This document shows, piece after piece, positions 8,278-16,000 of a DNA stretch of 36,548 nt. The notes beneath the pieces were generated by a model that saw only the letters and a list, made by a program, of their open reading frames with translations, did no database searches and was not told the DNA's origin. The stretch is from sequence record SRR31156797_1225. One strand, given 5' to 3'. Positions within the stretch are counted from its first letter, which is position 1. Each line of letters begins with the position of its first letter. The translations under genes were made by a program, and so were the position numbers.

Positions 8278-8685
8278 TTATGCGGCGCATTTACCTTGCG
8301 CCACAGATTTTCCGGCCATTGCCAGAAATGCGGATCGATCAAGTCCTTGTGCTTCAGCGGCAGCGTCAATCACTGCCAAATCCAACTCAGAAAAGCTCAC
8401 ATTAAACCGAACTCGTTTCACCTTTTCCGGTACTGTCACCATAACAATTCCGATAAAACCTTCATCTTCATAGTATTCAGCATGCACTTCTGCATAATCG
8501 CTGGGTACGGGAATTTCCATTCCTTCATCCCGCATGACTTCAAGATGCCCTGCAAGGGCTTCTCTTGCCATGCTTTCCACTTCAGCCAACGTAGACCCAG
8601 CAGTGATGCAGCCGGGCAGGTCGGGAAACGAGACGCCGAAGTCGGAGCCTTCGTCTTTGTGGATTACAGCAAAATAAGTTGCCAT
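8278..8685 (-). CDS. hicB: HicB family antitoxin with C-terminal RHH domain
   Basis: YFAVIHKDEGSDFGVSFPDLPGCITAG..EALAGHL; RVRFNVS...ID..A...RSAFL. Confidence 0.93.
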   Translation of the reverse strand: MATYFAVIHKDEGSDFGVSFPDLPGCITAGSTLAEVESMAREALAGHLEVMRDEGMEIPVPSDYAEVHAEYYEDEGFIGIVMVTVPEKVKRVRFNVSFSELDLAVIDAAAEAQGLDRSAFLAMAGKSVAQGKCAA

Positions 8686-8892
8686 GACATTCCCCTTGTT
8701 AGACTTCTGGCCTTGTCTAGGCCAAAGGGTTTCTCCGTTGTTTTACAATTAAAATGTTAGACATTGTCTAGACACTGTCCCATTTTTCACAATCTCGGGA
8801 ATGAACATTCCCTACTCCTCAGCCTTATATCATTCATGGGCCTTCTCCTCTTGCCGTTGAGGAGGAGGTTCGGCCCCTTACGGGGCCTCCCC

Positions 8893-9081
8893 TTATCGAA
8901 GTTTGATGCCGGAAAGTTTTTCAATCGACTTAAGAGTGCCGATCGGGATGTCCTTTTTCGGGTGCGGTACCGTCACCAGACCCGGCATTGTCGGGTGCTT
9001 AAAATGGTTGTGGCTCCCGGACGTCCTGACCTTCACCCAGCCATGGGCCTCGATCTTTTTTATGACTTCCGAACTCTTCAT
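8893..9081 (-). CDS. hicA: HicA family mRNA interferase toxin (62 aa)
   Basis: MKSSEVIKKIEAHGW...GSHNHFKHP...VTVPHPKKDIPIGTLKSI. Confidence 0.95.
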   Translation of the reverse strand: MKSSEVIKKIEAHGWVKVRTSGSHNHFKHPTMPGLVTVPHPKKDIPIGTLKSIEKLSGIKLR

Positions 9082-9139
9082 GTGTGTAGAATATACACAC
9101 AGACAAAACCTGTCAAGGCCCATGTGTATTTTTTACACA
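9082..9139 (-). promoter_or_regulatory. hicAB sigma70 promoter with two TGTGTA-N5-TACACA operators
   Basis: TTGACA (9111-9116), 17 bp, TATTCT (9088-9093); palindromes at 9083-9099 and 9123-9139. Confidence 0.8.
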
Positions 9140-9218
9140 CAATATATATGTAGTTGCAAAGCTGAAATATATTTGCAATAGGGAATAACGTTAACACTTT
9201 AAACAACCGATAATATTT

Positions 9219-9584
9219 ATGACTGAAGGTTCCATCGACGCACAGATTAATTTTAAAATTGCGATTCTGAATACTGTTCGGTCCTACGGGGGCTTCATTC
9301 TCATCGGCTTTTTAGGGTATACGGTTATTACAGCCTTCAGGGATGTGGCAATGCATGCCCCCGAACAAATCGGGCAACTTGCCAAAGTTGTGGAAGCCCT
9401 TAGTTTAGACAGATGGATTCTCGGCGCGACTGCTCTTGTAACCTCTGCAGGCTATATGTTAGAGCGAAAGGGAAAGAAACGAGCAATCCGTGCGAAAAGC
9501 AAACTCCAGAAACAACTTGAATCTGGAGACTGCTACCGAACTAGTAGCCACCTGACAGAAACAGGCGACACTCCAAAGGAATAA
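9219..9584 (+). CDS. Hypothetical membrane protein (2 predicted TM, basic C-terminal tail)
   Basis: Hydrophobic GGFILIGFLGYTVI and WILGATALVTSAGYML segments; AT-rich codon usage. Confidence 0.7.
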   Translation: MTEGSIDAQINFKIAILNTVRSYGGFILIGFLGYTVITAFRDVAMHAPEQIGQLAKVVEALSLDRWILGATALVTSAGYMLERKGKKRAIRAKSKLQKQLESGDCYRTSSHLTETGDTPKE

Positions 9585-9586
9585 AG

Positions 9587-10231
9587 ATGGCAAATTTATT
9601 TATTGCGATACTTGCTTCCATGGCTCTCGCTTTTGCTTGGAAGAAAATGTGGAGAAAGTCTTTACTTGACGACAGTCGGGACAGACTTTTTGATTTACGA
9701 GACGAAGCTCGACAGTGGTTCATAGACAATGAATATGAACTTGACCACCACGTATACCAATCATTGCGAAACATCTTAAATGCACACATCAGGCACACTG
9801 AAGATTTAACTATTACCCGCTATATAGTAACAACCAACATGGTCAAAAACTCTGCATCATGCCGAGAGTATATTGATGACCATCTCAACGCGAGTTTTTG
9901 GACTGAAGATAAAAAAATAAAGGATTACGTTACCGAAGTAAGAGCAAAGGCGTCGATGATCGTCATAGATCACATGGTCAAAGGCAGTTTTGCTCTCTCC
10001 CTAGCTGCGTTTTGCATCATGCCCATTATGTTCATATGGATTATTGGGCGAGCATTATTTCTCGCACTCAGGGATTGCCGATGGGTGACTCTTGGAATCA
10101 GAAGGACAACCGTGCTTGCGTCAATAGCAGCACTACTTTTCCTTCTGCCGTATAGAGCGTTGACAGTTCACCCTGGAGTTGCTCGTTACTTCGGCCAAGA
10201 ACAAATTGAAATCTATTCCACACGTAGTTAA
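9587..10231 (+). CDS. Hypothetical membrane protein (N-terminal TM, helical core, 2 C-terminal hydrophobic segments)
   Basis: 2 nt downstream of the previous stop, AAGGA SD; hydrophobic stretches at both ends. Confidence 0.75.
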   Translation: MANLFIAILASMALAFAWKKMWRKSLLDDSRDRLFDLRDEARQWFIDNEYELDHHVYQSLRNILNAHIRHTEDLTITRYIVTTNMVKNSASCREYIDDHLNASFWTEDKKIKDYVTEVRAKASMIVIDHMVKGSFALSLAAFCIMPIMFIWIIGRALFLALRDCRWVTLGIRRTTVLASIAALLFLLPYRALTVHPGVARYFGQEQIEIYSTRS

Positions 10232-10250
10232 AAAAAACATATTAAAATCC

Positions 10251-10290
10251 AAAGCCCCGGCAGCATTCTCGCTGTCAGGGCTTTCTCTTT
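10251..10290 (+). terminator. Terminator hairpin, repeat copy 2 (degenerate)
   Basis: aaagccccggcagcattctcgctgtcagggcttt; 31/34 identical to the copy at 11904. Confidence 0.65.
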
Positions 10291-10382
10291 GCCCAACATC
10301 CCACCCCAAAATTGAATTGCACACAAGCAACAGTAATCATGATATCGGCGAAGCTGTAACTTGGCATAACTACGGAGGAACG

Positions 10383-10745
10383 ATGTCAAAACAGAGACTT
10401 CAGGACATATTGAAATCAACAGGAATTGCTGAAGAAGAGTATGCGGACCTTACAGACTGGGAGCGATGGATTGAAGTTGTCCACCTCCCTGTGCATTTTA
10501 GAAAAGAGTTTTATATCCCAGAAATTTGCTTTACAGGTTTTGGTCGAGGAAAAGACAAAGCTGTCTTACAGGAAATAGCTCGTATGTGTGGCTTTATTGT
10601 CCGGGATGCAGTGACAAAAAATCTTACTTTTCTTTGTTGTGGTCCTGAACCCGGCCCATCTAAAATTGAAAAAGCAGAATTCCAAGAGGTCGAGATTCTC
10701 TCATTTGGAGACTTTCTTGAAATGATCGAAGTTGAGTCCGCTTGA
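10383..10745 (+). CDS. Stand-alone BRCT-domain protein (120 aa)
   Basis: ICFTGF...VTKNLTFLCCGPEPGPSKIEKA...ILSFGDFLEM ligase-type BRCT signature; GGAGG SD + ATG at 10383. Confidence 0.8.
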   Translation: MSKQRLQDILKSTGIAEEEYADLTDWERWIEVVHLPVHFRKEFYIPEICFTGFGRGKDKAVLQEIARMCGFIVRDAVTKNLTFLCCGPEPGPSKIEKAEFQEVEILSFGDFLEMIEVESA

Positions 10746-10828
10746 CACCACCCCGTTCTCTATGGCTTACTGCCTTTGGTGCTCAAAACACCTTGGCGGC
10801 AGCCACACCCGAGAGAAGTGGTTTTTTT
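10742..10828 (+). promoter_or_regulatory. Promoter (TTGACA 10742) and leader with antisense target site and attenuator hairpin
   Basis: ggtgctcaaaacaccttgg (10778-10796) complementary to 10916-10934; gccac...gtggt + T-run at 10802-10828. Confidence 0.55.
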
Positions 10829-10863
10829 GCGTCCTATAAAGACGCGCAACGGCATTGAATATC

Positions 10864-10940
10864 ATGCCGGGTGGTGGCCGAATACAATACCCTTCGGGGG
10901 AATACGCCAGCAGCTCCAAGCTGTTTTGACCACCCGGCAT
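10864..10940 (+). ncRNA. C4/CI-like phage antisense RNA (77 nt) within an ash-like ORF (10776-11012)
   Basis: Perfect 12-bp terminal stem atgccgggtggt/accacccggcat, internal ccc-ttcg-ggg hairpin, and a segment complementary to upstream and downstream target sites. Confidence 0.65.
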
Positions 10941-10980
10941 TTGCTTTTCGCAATGCCGATCAAAAAACTTGGAGTTTCTC

Positions 10981-11148
10981 ATGGCACAAACAATCACCCC
11001 TTCCCCTGTTGAGGACATCCGCGATGTCGCCGAAGTGCTAGCCCAGCTGCGCGACTTTGTGGACCCCGACGAATTCACGGCCTTGGACTACCTGTCCGGC
11101 AAGCTGACCAACGCGGCCGCAGAAATCGAAGCGCGGGAGGCGGCATGA
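10981..11148 (+). CDS. Unannotated 55-aa protein MAQTITPSPVEDIRDVAEVLAQLRDFVDPDEFTALDYLSGKLTNAAAEIEAREAA
   Basis: Translated by hand; GGAG SD at 10971; phage-like codon usage; ATGA overlap with the next ORF. Confidence 0.75.
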   Translation: MAQTITPSPVEDIRDVAEVLAQLRDFVDPDEFTALDYLSGKLTNAAAEIEAREAA

Positions 11149-11336
11149 CACCAGCAGATGCACGGCACAGGCTTTATCTCATTTCATACGCCCTTGAAGA
11201 ATTAGGACTTGTAACGGAAGAAACCACGGAAACAAAACTTTCGAGTACCTTGGAAATATTGTCCGAAGCCATGGGCGATTGCATTTCTGTGATTCATCCG
11301 TATATTCCTAAACCGGTACAGCACAACGATTCATAG
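11145..11336 (+). CDS. Small helical hypothetical protein (63 aa)
   Basis: GGAGG SD; translationally coupled to the 10981 ORF. Confidence 0.7.
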   Translation: MTPADARHRLYLISYALEELGLVTEETTETKLSSTLEILSEAMGDCISVIHPYIPKPVQHNDS

Positions 11337-11346
11337 AGAGGCAAAC

Positions 11347-11898
11347 ATGAACTTCTTTTCAAGTTGGGGACCGACTGTCCTTATTTTTATAGGTGTCATT
11401 TTCACAGCCATCGGCGGCGTCTGGTCACAAGTTAACCAAAGCAAACATGATTCAAAAGTTATTGAGCTCCAGGATAAAACCATTAATAATATTACAGGAG
11501 GGGACAGCTTCTGTTATGTTGATCTGATAAAAGGGCTAAATGCATTCATTCTCGTTCACAAAGGAGACTACCCTGTTTATGATCTAAACATGCAGGTTGT
11601 TGATATTCAAACATTCAAACCTGACGCTCCATCTCTCCCTACTCCCTTGCCCTCTATTCCGATAGCATTCCCCCACTATGCAGCGGGATTGGACTACCCA
11701 TTCCTCTATGCCAATTCAAATGAAGCCACGTTCAATTTCTTTATACAAGCAAGAAATGGCGGCTATACGCAAAATATGAAAATGAAAAAAATCAATGGAG
11801 AATGGGAAAACCATAGCATTTTACAGCAAATAAAGGGAGCTGAACAAAAAGTCATCTTTGAAGACAAATCTCCCGGCTATCCATCAAAAAAAGAATAA
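11347..11898 (+). CDS. Hypothetical protein with N-terminal TM helix and beta-rich domain
   Basis: GPTVLIFIGVIFTAIGGVW TM; GAGG SD; AT-rich. Confidence 0.75.
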   Translation: MNFFSSWGPTVLIFIGVIFTAIGGVWSQVNQSKHDSKVIELQDKTINNITGGDSFCYVDLIKGLNAFILVHKGDYPVYDLNMQVVDIQTFKPDAPSLPTPLPSIPIAFPHYAAGLDYPFLYANSNEATFNFFIQARNGGYTQNMKMKKINGEWENHSILQQIKGAEQKVIFEDKSPGYPSKKE

Positions 11899-11903
11899 GG
11901 AAG

Positions 11904-11944
11904 AAAGCCCCGGCAGCATTCACGCTGCCGGGGCTTTGCTTTTT
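11904..11944. terminator. Bidirectional terminator, repeat copy 3 (ogr terminator)
   Basis: aaagccccggcagc-attcac-gctgccggggcttt perfect 14-bp stem between convergent genes. Confidence 0.8.
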
Positions 11945-11953
11945 GTATGAGGT

Positions 11954-12211
11954 TCAGCCGATGCCCATGTCCTGAAACAAGGATGCTTGATGGGCGGGGT
12001 CTGTCTCGCGGATCTGCTTGCGCAGGTTCTCCGGGATGGACAGGGCCGAGGGACTGAGGGTGTGGTCAAACTCGACATTCATTACGAACGTGTGGCCGCA
12101 AGCCGGGTTCGAGCAGATGCAATACGCCTGCTTGAACTGCCGGTTCATATTGTTGGAGCTGGTGATTCGGGCGACCTTGCCGCATGTGGGACAATATACT
12201 CTGAATGCCAT
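11954..12211 (-). CDS. ogr: Ogr/Delta zinc-finger late transcription activator
   Basis: CPTCG..ARI...YCICSNPACGHTF. Confidence 0.93.
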   Translation of the reverse strand: MAFRVYCPTCGKVARITSSNNMNRQFKQAYCICSNPACGHTFVMNVEFDHTLSPSALSIPENLRKQIRETDPAHQASLFQDMGIG

Positions 12212-12232
12212 GGTGTTTTCCTTGTCGATTCA

Positions 12233-13213
12233 TCACATTGCCTGATTTTCAGTTTCACGGTCAAACGAGATTCGGTCACGCTGCAAGAGGACTTCATTGA
12301 TATCCTCGGCCAGCTCGTCTTGAATGGGGTGGATTTCGTTTTTCTGATATACGGCGTCGATCTTGACGATGTCGCCGAAGCCGGTTTGATTCTGCGGGAT
12401 AAGACAGGCCAAGGCCGGGGGCATGCGGTGGGCCGCGATGATGTCATCCCGTGACAGATTCTTGATTTTTTCCAGTTCGTCTTTGGTGGAAAAGTCACCC
12501 ACCGGCAGGATTCGGACAGAATCTTTGTCCCCGTCAGGGATATGGACATACATGGACCGGAAATTCCCCAGCCCTTTGGTGCCTTTGATTTTCGCTTTCA
12601 GCTTGTCCTGGGCGTCCTTGTCGATGTTGCCGGAAGAATAAAACACGTAGCCCATGTGCGCGCCGTTTCGATAATATTTGCGCCTGAACAGGGTGGCCTC
12701 CTCATTGAGCAACATGGACTGGATCGCGCCCAGATATTCCGGCAACCCGTAAATAGTCTGGCTGACGTCATAGCTTTTGATATGCAGGACTTCGCCCTGT
12801 TCAAACGGCAACAGCTCGCCATGAATCTGAAGCATGCAAAAGGTGTCCGGTTCCTTCATGCGCCGCATGTTGATCGCCGGGAGGTGCTTCAGCTCGACCA
12901 CTTCACCGAGGAAATTACGAATCTTCTGGAAGTAGGCATTTTCGAAAACCACATAATCCTTTGCCATGGCTCTCATGGCCTTACGACTGACCGCATTGGA
13001 TGCCTGAAAGCCGCGCATGATCTGTTGGGTTTTGAACCCAAGGGCCGGACCATGATAGGCGTTGGCGCGCAGGAGTCGGGCAAGGCCGGTCAGCGGGACA
13101 GGCGTTTCATAGTATCGCCCATTGTCCCACAGGTACGCGCCGAGGTTGTCATAGATGGCACCATCCAAAACCGGCTCTGGATCGCCAAAAGTAAATGTCT
13201 GAGAATCGCTCAT
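12233..13213 (-). CDS. Q: Portal protein (P2 gpQ / PBSX family)
   Basis: FTFGDPEPVLD, IYGLPEYLGA, RRKYYRNGAHMG, IIAAHRMPP. Confidence 0.95.
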   Translation of the reverse strand: MSDSQTFTFGDPEPVLDGAIYDNLGAYLWDNGRYYETPVPLTGLARLLRANAYHGPALGFKTQQIMRGFQASNAVSRKAMRAMAKDYVVFENAYFQKIRNFLGEVVELKHLPAINMRRMKEPDTFCMLQIHGELLPFEQGEVLHIKSYDVSQTIYGLPEYLGAIQSMLLNEEATLFRRKYYRNGAHMGYVFYSSGNIDKDAQDKLKAKIKGTKGLGNFRSMYVHIPDGDKDSVRILPVGDFSTKDELEKIKNLSRDDIIAAHRMPPALACLIPQNQTGFGDIVKIDAVYQKNEIHPIQDELAEDINEVLLQRDRISFDRETENQAM

Positions 13214-13231
13214 GGATGCTCCTTATTGTTG

Positions 13232-14992
13232 TCAGGCAATGACGACTTTTTGTTTATGCTTCACGTTCAGGGGTTCGTTGTAGAGGGCGTGCATGATGGC
13301 CCAGGCCACGTCCGCATGGCCGGTGGCCTCGGTGCGTCCTGCGGAATATGTGACCATGCCGCTCGGCGTGGAGTCCTGCCGGATGGTCAGGAAGGCGTGG
13401 GCAATGTCGGACTGCCCAGCGTCCCATTCAAGGCGTCCGCTCTCGATGACGTCCTTGCCCTTCAGGACCAATTCTATTTTGGTGGTGAGGCTGTAGTGGA
13501 TGGGCATAGCTGCCGGGAAAAATGCCTTCACGTTTTCATACACGCCGTACCCCGGCCCGGTGACATCGATGCCGATATGGACGAAATTGAAACGCTTGGT
13601 CAGTTCCTCAATCTGGTCAGCCTGCCAGGAGAAAGACTTATTGACCCATTTGAACCGGGCCAATATCCGAAACTTTCCACCCGGCTTGAGCGGCGGTGCA
13701 AGAATAACAAAGGAAGAATCATCCCGGTGGCGGCTGGGGTCATACCCACCCCACACGGGCATGTCGCCGAATGGACGCAGCGCGTCCGGATCAAAGTCTG
13801 TCCAGTCGTCAGTGTCGCAATAACAGGCTTCCAGATCGTGGAGCTTGAACACGGCCTGTGTGTCATCCACAAACTCGCACATGAACAGGTTGCGGAATTC
13901 GTCGGGGCTGTATTCCAAGCGCAGCTCGTCACTGTCGAACAGATCACAGCCACCCTTTTCCGCGTCCTTCAGGGTGATGACATATCGCCAGACCTTATCC
14001 GGCCCAACGGCTCCGGCCTGACATTCCTTGAAAGAGGGAAATTCCTTACGCTTGTTTTTGCGCTTCCATCGTTTGTTGAAACGGTCGCCGGTCCACAGGT
14101 CATACGCCTGGTGGGTGACTGCGGACGGCGTGGAGAACAGGGTGCGCCGCCACTTCTTGTGCGCGGCCATGCCGGTGGCGACCTTGTACAGCTCGTTGAA
14201 TTTCGTGATCCAGAAATATTCATCGATGTACACATGCCCATGATAGGACTGCGCGGACTTGGAATTGTTGGACAGGAAATAGAGCGTGGCCGGACCTTTG
14301 GCCGTGTGCAGGACTATCTCATCCTTGCCCTTCAGCTCGATGTCGAATTTCTCTTTTGCCACGGCCACGATATAGGCGCGAAACACGTCCGCCTGCCTGC
14401 GGGTGGCTGAAAGGAATATCTGATTGTCACCCGTGAGCGTGGCGTCCTCAAAGGCCTCCTGGGCAAAGTACCAGGTGGCTCCGATCTGGCGGGACTTCAG
14501 AATGTTACGGGTTCGGTGGTGCTTATTCCGGCGCAGCTCGTGCTGATATTCATAGTAATGGGCGTGGAACTTCTCCTCGAAGTCCTTGGCAGTCAGGTGG
14601 GAGACGTCATTCTTGATGACCTTGCCGCGCTTCTTTTTCGGGCGGCGCGTCCGGCCTCCCACGACCGGCTTGCCCTGGTCGCGCTCCTCATTGGCGACTT
14701 CCATTTCCCGGATCTTCATCTCACGCAGGCGCAGCATGTGATCCAGAAGCCGGTCCATTTCCTTCAGCTCGCCGGAGGTCTTGTCCTCACGCTCCACCAG
14801 CACGGTGTATCGACGGGCCACGCAATGCACTGCCGACTCATCAACAAAAAGGGAATCCCATTGTCCGATGTTACGCCAATGGTACACCGTCCGTTTCGGG
14901 ACGGACAAGGTCTTGCAAATCTCGCCGACCTTGTTTCCTTTCAAGTAAAGCGACTTGGCAGCCTGTATGACTTCATCTGCATGCTGATTCAT
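13232..14992 (-). CDS. P: Terminase ATPase subunit (P2 gpP)
   Basis: ILKSRQIGATWYFA, YIDEYFWI, FSTPS, GYDPS, HADVAWA. Confidence 0.95.
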   Translation of the reverse strand: MNQHADEVIQAAKSLYLKGNKVGEICKTLSVPKRTVYHWRNIGQWDSLFVDESAVHCVARRYTVLVEREDKTSGELKEMDRLLDHMLRLREMKIREMEVANEERDQGKPVVGGRTRRPKKKRGKVIKNDVSHLTAKDFEEKFHAHYYEYQHELRRNKHHRTRNILKSRQIGATWYFAQEAFEDATLTGDNQIFLSATRRQADVFRAYIVAVAKEKFDIELKGKDEIVLHTAKGPATLYFLSNNSKSAQSYHGHVYIDEYFWITKFNELYKVATGMAAHKKWRRTLFSTPSAVTHQAYDLWTGDRFNKRWKRKNKRKEFPSFKECQAGAVGPDKVWRYVITLKDAEKGGCDLFDSDELRLEYSPDEFRNLFMCEFVDDTQAVFKLHDLEACYCDTDDWTDFDPDALRPFGDMPVWGGYDPSRHRDDSSFVILAPPLKPGGKFRILARFKWVNKSFSWQADQIEELTKRFNFVHIGIDVTGPGYGVYENVKAFFPAAMPIHYSLTTKIELVLKGKDVIESGRLEWDAGQSDIAHAFLTIRQDSTPSGMVTYSAGRTEATGHADVAWAIMHALYNEPLNVKHKQKVVIA

Positions 14993-15033
14993 GCAGTATC
15001 AATACATTGACCTTATAGAGTATGCGCCTGATT

Positions 15034-15062
15034 CAATTCCGTTTTTTCATGAATAGGAATTG
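15034..15062. promoter_or_regulatory. Candidate Ogr-binding site serving the divergent late promoters
   Basis: CAATTCC-N15-GGAATTG centred at 15048, 56 and 57 nt from the P and O start codons. Confidence 0.65.
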
Positions 15063-15104
15063 CTTTTATTGCATCTACTTTTCCACCACGCGTACTCTTG
15101 CGCC

Positions 15105-15992
15105 ATGCCGAATACATTCACCACCGATTGGAAAAAGATAGGGCAGTCCGGTCCAACCATGGACGGACGGGAGATCGAAGGCCAATGGCTGCTTGATGCT
15201 GCCGAGCGATACGATCCCGCGAAATACACCGCCGTGATCTGGATCGACCATTTCCGATTTTACGGCAACTTCGGCAAAGTCGTCGCGCTGAAAACCGAAG
15301 AAAAGGACGGCATTGTCAGCCTGTACGCCAAGCTGCAGCCCAACGAATGGTTGCTGTCCCAGAACAAGAACAAGCAGAAGCTGTTCACTTCCATGGAGCT
15401 GACCCCCGACTTTGCCAAATCCGGCAAGTGTTACCTGACCGGCCTTGCCGTGACGGACATCCCGGCCAGTCTCGGCACTTCGGAACTCCATTTTTCCCAC
15501 CGCAAGCAGAACCCCGACGACCTTTTTGTTGACGGCGTCGAACTCGGCGACCTGCAGGAAGGCCAGTCGGACACTGAAGCCCCGTCATGGTTCACCAATG
15601 CCATGCGGAAATTCGGCCTCAATATTCCCCACAACCAGGGGGCAACCCCCGAACCCGAAGAGGACACCATGAACGAACAGCAGTTCAACCAGCTCATGGG
15701 CAGGCTCGACGATCAGGACAAGCGACTCGACTCGTTTGAACAGAAGTTCGCCGCGCAGCCGCCCGTTGAGGAACCCGGCACCGATAACGGTGCGCCCTCC
15801 GACGAAGGCAAACAGGACTTCGCCGCCGATATCTCGGCAGCCATGAAGCCTTTCAGCGACAAGCTGGACGCCCTCAAGACCGACTTCTCCGCTCAGGTCG
15901 ATGGCCTGACCAAGCGTTTCGAGCAGGTCAACCCCGGCACCAATGCCCCTGAAAACAATGCTCCCGCCACTCCCGGCGCGGACTTCCTGTAG
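15105..15992 (+). CDS. O: Capsid scaffolding/protease protein (P2 gpO)
   Basis: TDWKKIGQSGPTMDGREI, YLTGLAVTDIPASLGT; ATG at 15105. Confidence 0.93.
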   Translation: MPNTFTTDWKKIGQSGPTMDGREIEGQWLLDAAERYDPAKYTAVIWIDHFRFYGNFGKVVALKTEEKDGIVSLYAKLQPNEWLLSQNKNKQKLFTSMELTPDFAKSGKCYLTGLAVTDIPASLGTSELHFSHRKQNPDDLFVDGVELGDLQEGQSDTEAPSWFTNAMRKFGLNIPHNQGATPEPEEDTMNEQQFNQLMGRLDDQDKRLDSFEQKFAAQPPVEEPGTDNGAPSDEGKQDFAADISAAMKPFSDKLDALKTDFSAQVDGLTKRFEQVNPGTNAPENNAPATPGADFL

Positions 15993-16000
15993 GAGGGGCC

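Noticed and set aside
6699-8805. 20/24-nt similarity between 6699-6722 and 8782-8805 (both encode F..EIVKN on the minus strand)
   Set aside because: Short AT-rich match that does not extend; could be chance, so not claimed as a repeat or binding site
10179-10382. N-terminal extension of the BRCT ORF given in the track
   Set aside because: Runs through the upstream gene end and the terminator; GGAGG SD supports ATG at 10383
12542-14410. 622-aa plus-strand ORF
   Set aside because: Antisense shadow of the portal and terminase genes; no recognisable motifs; explained by GC-rich codon bias
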